DNA of 57,816 bases, taken from assembly GCA_045632185.1 (NCBI GenBank), contig JAZQWF010000057.1, forward strand, positions 1 through 57,816. The letters are read 5' to 3'. The position numbers and the translations under genes are program-made. This DNA is from Eubacteriales bacterium. GTDB taxonomy: Bacteria > Bacillota > Clostridia > Oscillospirales > CAG-272. Shown here in pieces: positions 28,386 through 38,183 of this stretch (positions within the stretch are counted from its first letter, which is position 1; every line of letters begins with the position of its first letter). The notes below the pieces were generated by a model. That model worked only from the letters and a program-made list of their open reading frames with translations, was not told where the DNA came from and did no database searches.

Positions 28386-29264
28386 ATGACCTACACCATT
28401 TCCAACGACCAACTTTGCGTCAAGATCTCGGATCACGGCGCGGAGCTGCAATCCGTTGTTGATCTTGCCGATGGCTGCGAGTACATCTGGCAGGGCGACG
28501 CCAAATACTGGGAGGATCGCGCCCCCACGCTGTTCCCGATCTGCGGCAGATTTCTGGACGGCAAATACACCTATCGCGGTAAGACCTACGAGATGGGCAT
28601 GCACGGCTTTGCCGCCTCACAGGATTACGAGGTAAGCAACGTTGCCGCCGACCGCGTTACGATGACGCTTCGCGCCAACGATCAAACGCGCGCGCAGTAC
28701 CCCTTCGAGTTTTCCTTTGCGCTGACCTTTTCGCTTTCCGGCAGACGCCTTGCGATCGCAGCAGAGATCACGAACGAGGGTGAGGAGATCCTGCCCGCCA
28801 CCTTCGGTGCGCATCCCGGCTTTAACGTGCCCTTTACCGCGGGCCACGATTTCAGTGAGTACACGCTGACCTTCGGCGAGGTCTGTACCCCCAACCAGAT
28901 GGGCATCACGCCCGAGGGGTATTACACCGGCCAATGCCGCGCACTGCCCCTTGCCAACGGCACGACGCTGGCGCTTGACCACGAGAAGTTCGCCGTGGAC
29001 GGCATTTTTATGAGCCGCATGTCACGCAAGGTCACCTTGGGCGCTGCGGGTGATGCACACGGTGTTACGATGGAATTTGCCGATTTCCCCTACCTCGGCG
29101 TATGGCAGGAATACGGCAAGGATACGCCTTTTCTGTGCTTGGAGCCCTGGTGCGGTCTGCCCTCCTACCCGAATGTGACAGATGATATCGCAGAGAAGAA
29201 CGATATGTTCCATATCGCCAAGAATGCGAGCAAAAAGCTGCAATATACGATGGAATTCCACTGA
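28386..29264 (+). CDS. Aldose 1-epimerase family protein
   Basis: 292 aa with ...EYIWQGDAKYWEDRAPTLFPICGRF... and HPGFNVPF, typical of the galactose-mutarotase-like fold. Confidence 0.75.
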   Translation: MTYTISNDQLCVKISDHGAELQSVVDLADGCEYIWQGDAKYWEDRAPTLFPICGRFLDGKYTYRGKTYEMGMHGFAASQDYEVSNVAADRVTMTLRANDQTRAQYPFEFSFALTFSLSGRRLAIAAEITNEGEEILPATFGAHPGFNVPFTAGHDFSEYTLTFGEVCTPNQMGITPEGYYTGQCRALPLANGTTLALDHEKFAVDGIFMSRMSRKVTLGAAGDAHGVTMEFADFPYLGVWQEYGKDTPFLCLEPWCGLPSYPNVTDDIAEKNDMFHIAKNASKKLQYTMEFH

Positions 29265-29345
29265 TTTTTAGCTTTTTTTAATCAAAAAAACGCGGTGCCA
29301 AATGTAAACAAAGTATAAAATGGCACAAAAAATCATTTCAACCCG

Positions 29346-29374
29346 TTGACAAAATTGGCGGTGTGTGGTAGAAT
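29346..29374 (+). promoter_or_regulatory. Near-consensus sigma-70 promoter
   Basis: TTGACA (29346-29351) - 17 nt - TAGAAT (29369-29374), about 80 nt upstream of the substrate-binding-protein ATG. Confidence 0.6.
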
Positions 29375-29454
29375 TTTAAAGACCGAAGGGGAAAGTACCC
29401 CTAAAATCAAGAAAATAAGGAGGATGTTTTCGCATTCGCGGAAACGAACGCAAC

Positions 29455-30993
29455 ATGAAACTGTTTGTCAGACTGATTGCTCTGTTGCTGGCGTGCCTTA
29501 CGCTTACCGTTCTGATCGTTGCTTGTAAAGACGACGACAGCGGCAAGAAGAAGAACGACGGCCGACTGGACGCAACTAAGGACGAGAACGGCCGTGAGCT
29601 GGACGATCTTGATCAGTACAACCTGAATTACAGCGGCGAGGAAATCACTCTTCTTTACTGGAAAGAGGTAGAGCGCCCTGAGTTCGAGCAGAAGGAGCTT
29701 GCCAACGACAACGTTCTTGACGCTATCTACGACCGTAACATCAACGTAGAGGACCGTCTGGGTGTTGACCTGGTATTCGTTCCTATGTACGCTGCATACG
29801 GCGAGGGTGTCGCTGATGAGTTCCTTCGTAAGATCGACGCTGTTCGTCTGGCAAAGACTCACGACTACGATATCATCGCAACCTACGCCCGTACCGAGGC
29901 TTCTCTTGCAGTACGTGGCCACTTGCAGAACTTCTCTAAGATCGAGGAGTCCTACATCAACCTTGAAAAGCCCTGGTGGCCCGGTGAGCTGGTAGAGACC
30001 GTTTCCTTCGGTAACGACTCTTACTACTTCATCTCCGGCGATATGTCCACCAACGTGCTTTGGATGATGCACTGTATCTTCATCAACAAGGACATGTTCA
30101 CCAACTTGAAGATGGACATTCCTTACGAAATGGTTCGCTCCGGCAACTGGACCATCGACGAGATGATCCGTATGACCGAGAACCTCTGGATCGATAAGGA
30201 CAACAACAACAAGCCCTCTATCAACGACCAGATCGGTTTCTGCGCACTGAACTACGTGTGCGACTCCTTCTATCCCGGTGCTAACATGAGATATATCGAG
30301 GAAGATGACACCATGATGCTCAAAATCTCCCCCGACTATACCTCCGCTAAGGCCGTTAAGCTGATCAACAAGCTTGGCGACTGGGCATCCAGCAATGCTA
30401 TTTGGGTAACCAACGGTAACAGCGATCCCGAGATGGCAAACAACACCAGAACCATCTTCACCAAGGGTAACACCCTGATGTGGTTGGAGCACGCTCTGTA
30501 CGCAGAGTCCTCCCTTGCACTTGGTAAGGTTAAGTTCAGCTACGGTATGATCCCCACTCCCAAGTACGACACCAACCAGAAGAACTACTACACCGGTATG
30601 GGTAACCCCTGGTCCCTGTACGGCATCTACATTGACTTCGACACTCGTGGAGACAGACAGGAGACTCTGTCTATGTTCACCGCTGTGCTTGAATGCTACG
30701 CATCCGAGGCATACCGTCTGACCACCCCCGAGATCTTCGAGGTTAACATGTCCTTGAAGTACGCAGAGTCTAAGGACGAGACCGACATGTTCGAGTACGT
30801 TCGTTCCGGTATCGTATTCGACCTTGGTAAGATCTTCTCCGCAACGATGTCTGATAACCTGCCTGAGGCAGCTTCCAACGCAATCGTAGACCACACCTCT
30901 TGGTCCTCCAAGTACAAGACCTTCCTGTCCAGAGCAGAAGAGTCGCTGGCTAAGATCTGCGCAGACTTCCGTCAGGAGCAGGCATCCAAGTAA
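29455..30993 (+). CDS. Extracellular solute-binding lipoprotein (ABC family-1, sugar/oligosaccharide type)
   Basis: Lipoprotein signal MKLFVRLIALLLACLTLTVLIVAC|KDD; 512 aa. Codon usage visibly differs from the neighbouring genes (cgt/ggt/tcc/acc rich). No adjacent permease genes. Confidence 0.75.
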   Translation: MKLFVRLIALLLACLTLTVLIVACKDDDSGKKKNDGRLDATKDENGRELDDLDQYNLNYSGEEITLLYWKEVERPEFEQKELANDNVLDAIYDRNINVEDRLGVDLVFVPMYAAYGEGVADEFLRKIDAVRLAKTHDYDIIATYARTEASLAVRGHLQNFSKIEESYINLEKPWWPGELVETVSFGNDSYYFISGDMSTNVLWMMHCIFINKDMFTNLKMDIPYEMVRSGNWTIDEMIRMTENLWIDKDNNNKPSINDQIGFCALNYVCDSFYPGANMRYIEEDDTMMLKISPDYTSAKAVKLINKLGDWASSNAIWVTNGNSDPEMANNTRTIFTKGNTLMWLEHALYAESSLALGKVKFSYGMIPTPKYDTNQKNYYTGMGNPWSLYGIYIDFDTRGDRQETLSMFTAVLECYASEAYRLTTPEIFEVNMSLKYAESKDETDMFEYVRSGIVFDLGKIFSATMSDNLPEAASNAIVDHTSWSSKYKTFLSRAEESLAKICADFRQEQASK

Positions 30994-31010
30994 TCTTTAC
31001 ACTGTCTGCC

Positions 31011-31045
31011 AAAAGGCCATTCCGAGTAATTCGGAATGGCCTTTT
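31011..31045 (+). terminator. Intrinsic terminator
   Basis: aaaAGGCCATTCCGAgtaaTTCGGAATGGCCTtttc. Confidence 0.8.
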
Positions 31046-31065
31046 CTAAAAAATGCTGATACACA

Positions 31066-31100
31066 AAAAGCCCCTCGCCCGCAAAGGGGCAAGGGGCTTT
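31066..31100 (-). terminator. Intrinsic terminator of the small acidic protein gene
   Basis: Minus strand: AAAGCCCCTTGCCCCtttgcGGGCGAGGGGCTTTTTGTG. Confidence 0.75.
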
Positions 31101-31102
31101 GA

Positions 31103-31345
31103 TTATTCTGCTGCGATCTCGGCTTCCTCAACGACTTCCTCGATGATTTCCTCGGGAAAGTCCTCGTCGTCAAGTTCTTCCAGCTCGGCCAGGTCAAATT
31201 CCTCTTCTTCGGGCAACTGGTAGGTGTTGCAGAATTCGATCAGGTTGCGGAACAAGCGGTAGATGACGAAGGCGATGGCACAGGCGCTGGTTACGATGGA
31301 AAGCGTGATGGCAATGATCTTGCCGTAATTGGTGGTGTTTTTCAT
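31103..31345 (-). CDS. Small membrane-anchored protein with a poly-acidic tail
   Basis: 80 aa: MKNTTNYGKIIAITLSIVTSACAIAFVIYRLF... then ...PEEEEFDLAELEELDDEDFPEEIIEEVVEEAEIAAE. SD GGGAGGA upstream. The track start at 31459 is unsupported. Confidence 0.5.
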   Translation of the reverse strand: MKNTTNYGKIIAITLSIVTSACAIAFVIYRLFRNLIEFCNTYQLPEEEEFDLAELEELDDEDFPEEIIEEVVEEAEIAAE

Positions 31346-31435
31346 TATAGTTATCCTCCCTTCCGGATTTCTCAATTTTATTTTATCACAAAAAAAGAGA
31401 TTTGTACAGTAGTTTATGAAAAATAATTTGAAAGG

Positions 31436-32206
31436 GTGATATCCTTGACACAACAGCAAATCAAAGAGCAGCTGCTGGCGGCGGGTATAGAGAATGCCGC
31501 GCAGGAGGCGCGCTTATTATGTGAGAGCTTCTCAAAACAGGCGCTGGCTGACGCCGTAAAGCGGCGCTGCACGCATTATCCCTTGCAATATATTTTGGGG
31601 GAATGGTGCTTTTGGAAGGAAAGCTACGAGGTAAGCGAGCATTGTCTGGTGCCGCGCCCCGACACCGAGCATCTTGTAGAGCAGGCGATCAAGCGCTTGC
31701 CGCAAAACGGTAATTTCCTGGATCTTTGCACGGGAAGCGGCTGCGTGGCGATCTCTACGCTTTGCTCTCGCCCTGATACGTGTGCTACGGCGGTGGATCT
31801 TTTCCCCGAAACGCTGGCCTTGGCCGAGCGCAACGCTGTGAAAAATGGCGTGCGCGAGCGATTTACCCCCCGACTGTGTGACGTTTTGCAGGGTTGTGCG
31901 TGGGAGGAGCGATATGATGCGATCCTTTCCAATCCTCCCTATATTCGCGCGGCAGCGATGGACGGCTTGTCGTGCGAGGTAAAGCATGAGCCCGCCGCCG
32001 CGTTGCTTGGTGGCGAGGACGGCATGGATTTTTACCGCGCCATTTTGAGCAAGTGGAAGGGGCTTTTGAAAGAGGACGGCTTTTTTCTGTTTGAGATCGG
32101 CTATGATCAGGCCGAGGAGATCAAGGCGTTGGCGACGGAGCACGGTCTTTGCGCTACCATCTTCCGCGACTATGGCGGTAACGACCGCGTTGCATTATTG
32201 AAATAA
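31436..32206 (+). CDS. prmC: Peptide-chain-release-factor glutamine N5-methyltransferase
   Basis: SAM motif LDLCTGSGC and catalytic NPPY (LSNPPYI). GTG start at 31436; an in-frame TTG at 31445 is also possible. Confidence 0.85.
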   Translation: MISLTQQQIKEQLLAAGIENAAQEARLLCESFSKQALADAVKRRCTHYPLQYILGEWCFWKESYEVSEHCLVPRPDTEHLVEQAIKRLPQNGNFLDLCTGSGCVAISTLCSRPDTCATAVDLFPETLALAERNAVKNGVRERFTPRLCDVLQGCAWEERYDAILSNPPYIRAAAMDGLSCEVKHEPAAALLGGEDGMDFYRAILSKWKGLLKEDGFFLFEIGYDQAEEIKALATEHGLCATIFRDYGGNDRVALLK

Positions 32207-32259
32207 CACATTTTAAGCTCTCCCGCATACCCTGCCAAGGGGAAGGGAGGGCTTTTTCT

Positions 32260-33156
32260 ATGCAGATTTTGGTGGTGTATGGCGGTGTGAGTGAGGAGCG
32301 TGAGGTTTCGCTATGCTCGGGCGCGCGTGTATGCGAGGCGCTGCGCAGAGCGGGACACGAGGTGGTGGAAGCACAGGTGGATACGGAGCTGCCGAGCGAG
32401 GCGCTTTTGGCGCTTGCGAGAGAGGCGGATAGCGTTTTTCTTTGCCTGCACGGCGGGGCAGGGGAGAACGGGGGCTGGCAGCGGGCGCTGGAAGAGGCCG
32501 GGATCAGGCATTATACGGGGAGCGGTCCTGCGGCCTCTGCGCTGGCGATGGATAAGCCGCGTGCCAAAAGCGTGGTAGAGCGTCTGGCGGTGCCGACGGC
32601 GGCGGGGTGCGTTTGGCGTGCGGGCGAGGCAGCACCCTCCCTTGCATATCCGTTTATTGTGAAGCCCTGCAACGGGGGATCCAGCGTGGGCTTTTGCGTG
32701 GTAGAAGGGGCAGATGAGCTGCAAAAAATCACCCCGTCCGGGGACTTATTGTGCGAAACGTATCTGCCGGGGCGGGAATATTCCGTTGCCGTATGGAACG
32801 GACGCGCGCTGCCACCCGTTGAGATCCGCCCGCGGGGTGGGGTATACGATTATGCACACAAATACGAGGCGGGAGCAAGCGAGGAGATCTGCCCCGCGCC
32901 CCTGCCGCTCGCACAGCTCGCGCGCTTGCAGGATCTGGCGTTGCTTTGCTTTTCTGCATTGGGGCTGCGGGATTTCGCGCGGATAGATTTCAAGGAAAAC
33001 GCGCAGGGAGAGCCCTGCTTTCTGGAAGCAAATACGTTGCCCGGAATGACCGCTACCAGTCTGTTCCCGCTGGCCGCGCGTACGGTGGGGATCTCAATGG
33101 AGGGTCTTTGCGAGGGGATCGCACAAAAAAGCTCGGAAAGAAAAATAAAAAAATAA
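32260..33156 (+). CDS. ddl: D-alanine--D-alanine ligase
   Basis: VVYGGVSEEREVS, PFIVKPCNGGSSVG, EANTLPGMT. Confidence 0.9.
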   Translation: MQILVVYGGVSEEREVSLCSGARVCEALRRAGHEVVEAQVDTELPSEALLALAREADSVFLCLHGGAGENGGWQRALEEAGIRHYTGSGPAASALAMDKPRAKSVVERLAVPTAAGCVWRAGEAAPSLAYPFIVKPCNGGSSVGFCVVEGADELQKITPSGDLLCETYLPGREYSVAVWNGRALPPVEIRPRGGVYDYAHKYEAGASEEICPAPLPLAQLARLQDLALLCFSALGLRDFARIDFKENAQGEPCFLEANTLPGMTATSLFPLAARTVGISMEGLCEGIAQKSSERKIKK

Positions 33157-33168
33157 CAAATTAGGCGG

Positions 33169-33197
33169 TTGACAGAAAATTCCATAAATGTTATAAT
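33169..33197 (+). promoter_or_regulatory. Perfect consensus sigma-70 promoter
   Basis: TTGACA (33169-33174) - 17 nt - TATAAT (33192-33197). Confidence 0.65.
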
Positions 33198-33242
33198 AAA
33201 TTAAGTCTACCCAAAATGTGACGTAAAAAGGAGTGTTGATTT

Positions 33243-34700
33243 GTGTTTGATCCGAAACTGATTATTCTGATCGCCGTAATCGCTATTCTGGGCTTTGGTG
33301 TTTTCTGGGGCTTTTTGAGAAAGCTGAGAAGGACCCTGCTTCGCTTGGTGACGTTGCTGCTTTCCTTTGGCGCAGCGATCGTGCTGGTTAAGCTGATAGG
33401 AAGAAGTCTTGGAAAGTATGTTATTTCGCTTTTGCAGCCCCTGCTTGGCGAGAGCGTGGGTGAGCTGCTTGCACAGCCCGAGATGGGAATGGTGATCGAC
33501 GCCCTGTGCGAAATGGTGTCTGCGCCGATCCTGTTCCTGCTTTCCTATATCGTATTAAAGCTTGTTAGCTGGATCATTTATAAGATCTTTGCTATGATCC
33601 TTGGCGTGAAGGGGCCGAAGTTTGGCGGCCGTTTGCTGGGCGCCTTTGCGGGCGTGCTGTGCGGCATGGTCGGTCTTGTGGTATTTGTTACCCCCGTGTT
33701 CGGTTATATGACGCTTGCAAATGACGTATGGCATCAGATCGCCGCGCAAACGCAGGAAGAAGAGACGCAGGAGCCCAACGTGCTGGAACAAATGCTGGAA
33801 GCTCCTCTGGCCAAGGAGGCCTATCAGCTGGTTGGCAAGCATGTCTTTTCCTTGCTGACGACGGTTGATTTTGAGGAGGATACGATCTGCTTGGCCGATG
33901 AAACCGGCGCGATCGTCAATATCTGGAAGGATTTTTCCGTGCTGTCCGGCTCCTCTGCTGAGCAGTACGGTACGCAGGAAAGCCAGGCCATGAAGCAGAT
34001 GGTAGAGGATGTAGGCAGCTCCAAGATCGTATCTTGCGTAGTCGCTTATTTCCTGTCGGACGCCTCCGAGGCATGGTTGAACGGCGAGCAGGTGCTGGGT
34101 ATGGCCAAGCCGAACCTGGGCGAGGACGTGCAGGGTATTGCGGACGCTTTCCTTGCGGTATTTGCCACCACGAACACTGAAACGCTTGTGCAGGACCTTG
34201 GCACGTTTGCCGATGCGTTCGGTGTGCTGGTAGAGGAAGAGGTCTTTACGATGGGTAATGATAACGCCGATTTCGTGAACAAGCTGGTTTCCGGCGGTGT
34301 TGTGGAGAAGCTTTACACTGTATTGGACGCCAACCCGCGCATGGAGCCTGTCAAAACGGCGATCCGTGATACGGGTGTACGCGTGATGATGAGCTATCTC
34401 GGCGTGCCAGAGGATATCCGCGAAACGCATGGCGAGATGTTGGAGGATATGGCGGGTACGTTGCAGAGCGCCACACAGCCCGACGGCACCATCGATCAGG
34501 CGGCTCTCAGCACGGGTATTTGCGAGGTTATGAACAACTATGATATTGCTGTCAGCCCGGAGGCAAGCCAGCTGATCGCCGAGGCGATCGTGGAAAATCT
34601 GACGCCGGAGGAGATCCTTTCGATGACGCCTGAGCAGATCGCAGACAAAATGGCCGAAAGATTTCTTTCGGGAGAGGGTATTCAAGTCCCCGCTGCATAA
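33243..34700 (+). CDS. CvpA-like membrane protein with a long soluble C-terminal extension
   Basis: GTG start. Four N-terminal hydrophobic helices resemble the colicin-V-production (CvpA) family. The last 300 or so aa are acidic and have no motif I recognise. Confidence 0.55.
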   Translation: MFDPKLIILIAVIAILGFGVFWGFLRKLRRTLLRLVTLLLSFGAAIVLVKLIGRSLGKYVISLLQPLLGESVGELLAQPEMGMVIDALCEMVSAPILFLLSYIVLKLVSWIIYKIFAMILGVKGPKFGGRLLGAFAGVLCGMVGLVVFVTPVFGYMTLANDVWHQIAAQTQEEETQEPNVLEQMLEAPLAKEAYQLVGKHVFSLLTTVDFEEDTICLADETGAIVNIWKDFSVLSGSSAEQYGTQESQAMKQMVEDVGSSKIVSCVVAYFLSDASEAWLNGEQVLGMAKPNLGEDVQGIADAFLAVFATTNTETLVQDLGTFADAFGVLVEEEVFTMGNDNADFVNKLVSGGVVEKLYTVLDANPRMEPVKTAIRDTGVRVMMSYLGVPEDIRETHGEMLEDMAGTLQSATQPDGTIDQAALSTGICEVMNNYDIAVSPEASQLIAEAIVENLTPEEILSMTPEQIADKMAERFLSGEGIQVPAA

Positions 34701-34702
34701 AG

Positions 34703-34738
34703 AAAAAAGAAGCCGTGTCACACACGGCTTCTTTTTTT
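34703..34738 (+). terminator. Intrinsic terminator
   Basis: aaaaaaGAAGCCGTGtcacaCACGGCTTCttttttt. Confidence 0.85.
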
Positions 34739-34763
34739 CATATACTGCGGTGGGGGTGATGAG

Positions 34764-35333
34764 ATGCTGTGGATAGGGGCGTATGAGCGCGAACGGGCGC
34801 TGGCTTATGCAAGGAGATGGGCGCTTGCGCGCAACCCGCTTTTTTATAATTTCACGGGCGTGGGCGGGGATTGTACGAATTTTGTGTCACAATGCGTGCT
34901 GGCAGGGAGCTGTGTGATGAACGGCACGGTGGATTTCGGCTGGTATTATCAAAGCGAAACGGAGCGTGCGCCCGCATGGACGGGGGTGGAGTTTTTCTGG
35001 GATTTCTTTACGGGCGCACCGAGCTTTCGCGCAGAAAACGGCGGCGTAGGGCCCTTTGGCAGCGAGGTGCCAAAGGAACGGGTAGAGCGCGCAGACGTGG
35101 TGCAGCTGGGACGGGAAAACGGCGATTTTTACCATACGCTGCTGGTGTTGGAGCGCGTGGGTGGCGAGGTGTACGTGGCTGCACATTCCAATGACGTGTA
35201 TGACCGTCCGCTTTCCTCTTATAACGCACCACGTGTGCGATTTTTGCACATTGAGGGGGTAAGGATCGCACTGCCTTCTGCGCCTTGCTTTGAAGATCTG
35301 ATAGAGGGGATATCCCTTCCCGCGCCCTTTTGA
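34764..35333 (+). CDS. Putative amidase-domain protein
   Basis: 189 aa with ...YARRWALARNPLFYNFTGVGGDCTNFVSQCVLAG..., a Cys-containing motif typical of the putative-amidase (NlpC/P60-like) domain. Confidence 0.55.
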   Translation: MLWIGAYERERALAYARRWALARNPLFYNFTGVGGDCTNFVSQCVLAGSCVMNGTVDFGWYYQSETERAPAWTGVEFFWDFFTGAPSFRAENGGVGPFGSEVPKERVERADVVQLGRENGDFYHTLLVLERVGGEVYVAAHSNDVYDRPLSSYNAPRVRFLHIEGVRIALPSAPCFEDLIEGISLPAPF

Positions 35334-35420
35334 AAACTCGACGTGATTAGCAAGAATTTCCGTTTGTGACGGCGTTATTTTTTGCTATAATAATAGTGAT
35401 CAAGAAAAAAGGAGCGGAAT

Positions 35421-36572
35421 ATGAAGATCACAAATGATATTCGTTACATCGGCGTCAACGATCGAGATATTGATCTGTTTGAGAGCCAGTACGCCGTACC
35501 CGAGGGAATGGCGTATAATTCTTACGTGATCATGGACGAAAAAATCGCCGTAATGGACAGCGTAGATGCGCGCTTTGGCGAGGAGTGGCTGGCAAATTTG
35601 CAGGGCGTGGTGGGGGATAAGTCCCCCGATTACCTGATCGTGCAGCACATGGAGCCGGATCATTCTGCGGGGGTGATGCTGTTTGCACAGTGCTATCCTG
35701 CGGCAAGGATCGTGGCATCTGCCAAGGCGTTTGCCATGATGAGAAGCTTTTTTGGAACGGATTTTGCAAACAGACGGATCGTGGTAGAGGAGGGCTGCGA
35801 GCTTTCGCTCGGTCGGCACCACCTGACCTTTCTTGCCGCGCCTATGGTGCATTGGCCGGAGGTGATCGTGAGTTACGAGCGCACGGATAAGGTGCTTTTC
35901 TCGGCGGACGCGTTCGGTAAATTCGGCGCGCTGGGTGCAAAACAGGATTGGGCTTGCGAGGCAAGAAGATATTACTTTGGCATCGTGGGCAAGTATGGCG
36001 CGCAGGTGCGCTTGCTGCTTTCTAAGGTGGGGAAGCTGGACCTTCGCATCATTTGCCCCCTACACGGCCCCGTTCTTTCAGAAAATCTTTCCTATTATTT
36101 GGACCTTTACAACATCTGGTCAAGCTATGGTACGGAGAGCGAGGGCGTGGTGATCGCGTATACCTCGGTATATGGGAATACACGAAGGGCGGTAGAGGAG
36201 CTGGCTGCGCTGTTGGAAAAGCAGGGCTGCGCTAAGGTCGTGGTGAATGATCTTGCCCGTTGTGATATGGCAGAAGCCGTTGAGGACGCCTTCCGCTACG
36301 GCAAGCTGGTGCTGGCAACGACCACCTACAATGCGGATATCTTCCCCCCTATGCGCGCCTTTATCGAGCATCTGATCGCGCGTAATTTTCAAAACAAGAC
36401 GGTCGCCTTCATCGAAAACGGCAGCTGGGCCCCGATGGCGACCAAGGTGATGCGCGGAATGCTGGCAGGGTGTCAAAACCTCACTTACGTGGGGGACGGG
36501 GTAAGGATATTCTCTGCGTTGAGCGAGGAAAGCCGTGCGCAGCTTGCCTCCCTTGCCGAGGCGCTAAAATAA
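35421..36572 (+). CDS. fprA: Flavodiiron protein (FprA-type A-flavoprotein)
   Basis: Metallo-beta-lactamase diiron motif [10 protein letters not shown], followed by the flavodoxin module [11 protein letters not shown]. Confidence 0.85.
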   Translation: MKITNDIRYIGVNDRDIDLFESQYAVPEGMAYNSYVIMDEKIAVMDSVDARFGEEWLANLQGVVGDKSPDYLIVQHMEPDHSAGVMLFAQCYPAARIVASAKAFAMMRSFFGTDFANRRIVVEEGCELSLGRHHLTFLAAPMVHWPEVIVSYERTDKVLFSADAFGKFGALGAKQDWACEARRYYFGIVGKYGAQVRLLLSKVGKLDLRIICPLHGPVLSENLSYYLDLYNIWSSYGTESEGVVIAYTSVYGNTRRAVEELAALLEKQGCAKVVVNDLARCDMAEAVEDAFRYGKLVLATTTYNADIFPPMRAFIEHLIARNFQNKTVAFIENGSWAPMATKVMRGMLAGCQNLTYVGDGVRIFSALSEESRAQLASLAEALK

Positions 36573-36610
36573 ATCACCCCCACACGGGGGTGGGAAATAG
36601 GAGAGTTGAG

Positions 36611-36772
36611 ATGAAAAAATACGTTTGCAGTGTGTGCGGGTGGAGCTATGACGAGGCGTTGGGTAATCCCGATATGGGGATTGCCCGCGGCACGAAATTT
36701 GAGGATCTTGGTGAGAATTTTATCTGCCCCATTTGCGGTGTGGATAAAGATCAGTTTGAGCCGGAAGAATAA
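36611..36772 (+). CDS. Rubredoxin
   Basis: 53 aa: [15 protein letters not shown]...[14 protein letters not shown], with two CxxCG knuckles. The track ORF start at 36470 was rejected. Confidence 0.9.
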   Translation: MKKYVCSVCGWSYDEALGNPDMGIARGTKFEDLGENFICPICGVDKDQFEPEE

Positions 36773-36783
36773 AAGGAATGAAT

Positions 36784-36825
36784 AAAAAAACGCCCTGCGT
36801 CCCCGTGGATACAGGGCGTTTTTTT
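36784..36825 (+). terminator. Intrinsic terminator
   Basis: aaaaaaaCGCCCTGcgtccccgtggataCAGGGCGttttttt. Confidence 0.8.
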
Positions 36826-37144
36826 GCTTTTCTTTGCAAAACTCGGTGCTTCCTATTACATACGCGTACGCACGCGCGAGGAAAACGAGGGGGGACGTGG
36901 TGGATTTTGGCGAAAAAAAAGGATAACTTTACACTTTGTAAAAAAGCGCCATAAATGTGTTCAAAAATGCAAATTAGGGCGTTTTATTTTTGTGCAAGTA
37001 ACCAAAATAACGCGCATACCATTGCGTACGTGCGCGATTTGTGTTATAATTTACAAATTTTGGAAATAAGTGCCGAAACGGCTTGATTTTGGTGCATTTT
37101 TGTGCTATAACATAAAGAATTTCAAGCAAAAGGGAGGTGGGCTC

Positions 37145-38065
37145 ATGACGATCGGATACGGAATTACGCTGGCGCTGGCCGTGGGCCTGCTGATCGGCTA
37201 TCTGACGATGGTCAAAAAGAAGGAATTCTGGCTGACGATGCTGTATGTCTGCGTCAGCGTGGTCAATTTGGGATATTTGTTGCTTTCCGTGTCGAAAAGC
37301 GTGGAATTTGCCATTTTTGCCAACGACGTGGCGTATCTGGGCAGCGTATTCCTTTGCATGTGTATGCTGCTGACCATTGTGCGCCTTTGCGGATTTGAGA
37401 TCAAAAAAGCGAACGTGATCGCATGCGTTTCGCTGGCCGCCTTGATGTTTGCCATGATCGCCACGGCAGGATTTTTGCCTTGGTATTACAAGAGCGTGAC
37501 GCTGGTGCAGATCAGCGGCGGCGCGAAGCTGGTCAAGGATTACGGCCCGCTTCACCCCGTGTATATGGTTTATCTGCTGGGCTATTTTGCCGCGATGATC
37601 GTGACGATCGTCCATTCGGTTACCGCCAAAAAGATCGGCAAGCCGAAGATCGCCAGCTTTATTGCGGGCGTGGTGGCAGGCAACATTCTGGTGTGGCTGT
37701 TTGAAAAGTTTATCTCCTGGGAATTTGAGTTTTTGGCCGTGACCTATATCCTTTCCGAAACGTTGCTGCTTCTTCTTTATTGGATGATGCAGGATTACGT
37801 ACATAAGCGCGACGTGCCGGAGGCGGCTCCCGCAGTGGACTGTGAGAAAGAGCAGAGCGAGAAATTGCTGGCACTTTCTGCGGACAAGGGGCTGACGCAA
37901 AAGGAGCGCGAGGTGCTGGAATTGATGATGGCGGGGCAGAGCCGCAAGGAAATGGCAGCGCAGCTGCACGTTTCCGAAAACACGGTAAAGACCCACGTGA
38001 AGCATATTTACGAAAAATTGGAGGTTGGCACAAGAGAGGAGATCTCTGCGCTGCTGCAAGGATAA
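37145..38065 (+). CDS. Membrane-embedded LuxR-family transcription regulator (multi-TM N-domain plus C-terminal HTH)
   Basis: About 6-7 hydrophobic helices, then LTQKEREVLELMMAGQSRKEMAAQLHVSENTVKTHVKHIYEKLEV (GerE/LuxR HTH). Start MTIGYG sits behind the SD GGGAGGTG. Confidence 0.75.
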   Translation: MTIGYGITLALAVGLLIGYLTMVKKKEFWLTMLYVCVSVVNLGYLLLSVSKSVEFAIFANDVAYLGSVFLCMCMLLTIVRLCGFEIKKANVIACVSLAALMFAMIATAGFLPWYYKSVTLVQISGGAKLVKDYGPLHPVYMVYLLGYFAAMIVTIVHSVTAKKIGKPKIASFIAGVVAGNILVWLFEKFISWEFEFLAVTYILSETLLLLLYWMMQDYVHKRDVPEAAPAVDCEKEQSEKLLALSADKGLTQKEREVLELMMAGQSRKEMAAQLHVSENTVKTHVKHIYEKLEVGTREEISALLQG

Positions 38066-38094
38066 AAAAGGGAACGCATTGGCGTTCCCTTTTT
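38064..38094 (+). terminator. Intrinsic terminator
   Basis: aaaaaaGGGAACGCattgGCGTTCCCttttt. Confidence 0.8.
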
Positions 38095-38131
38095 GCGTAA
38101 ATTCGCCCCGTTTGGGGGCTTTTTCTTTTTT

Positions 38132-38183
38132 ATCACCCGAAAATCACCCCGTGAAGGCGCAAATATCACCCCGCGCGGGTGAT
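38132..38183 (+). promoter_or_regulatory. ATCACCC repeat cluster / 19-nt palindrome (candidate operator)
   Basis: ATCACCC occurs at 38132-38138, 38143-38149 and 38165-38171. The last copy forms ATCACCC-cgcgc-GGGTGAT (38165-38183), which overlaps the -35 position of a TACAAT -10 box (38205-38210). Confidence 0.35.

Noticed and set aside
29346-29528. 60-aa ORF in the leader of the substrate-binding-protein gene (MTKLAVCGRILKTEGE...)
   Set aside because: It begins at the promoter -35 box, is out of frame with the lipoprotein ORF while overlapping it, and has no SD.
35380-35402. PerR-box-like AT-rich sequence (CTATAATAATAGTGA) upstream of the flavodiiron/rubredoxin genes
   Set aside because: It only partly resembles the TTATAAT-N-ATTATAA type box and it coincides with the -10 TATAAT itself. 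The evidence is not enough to call an operator.
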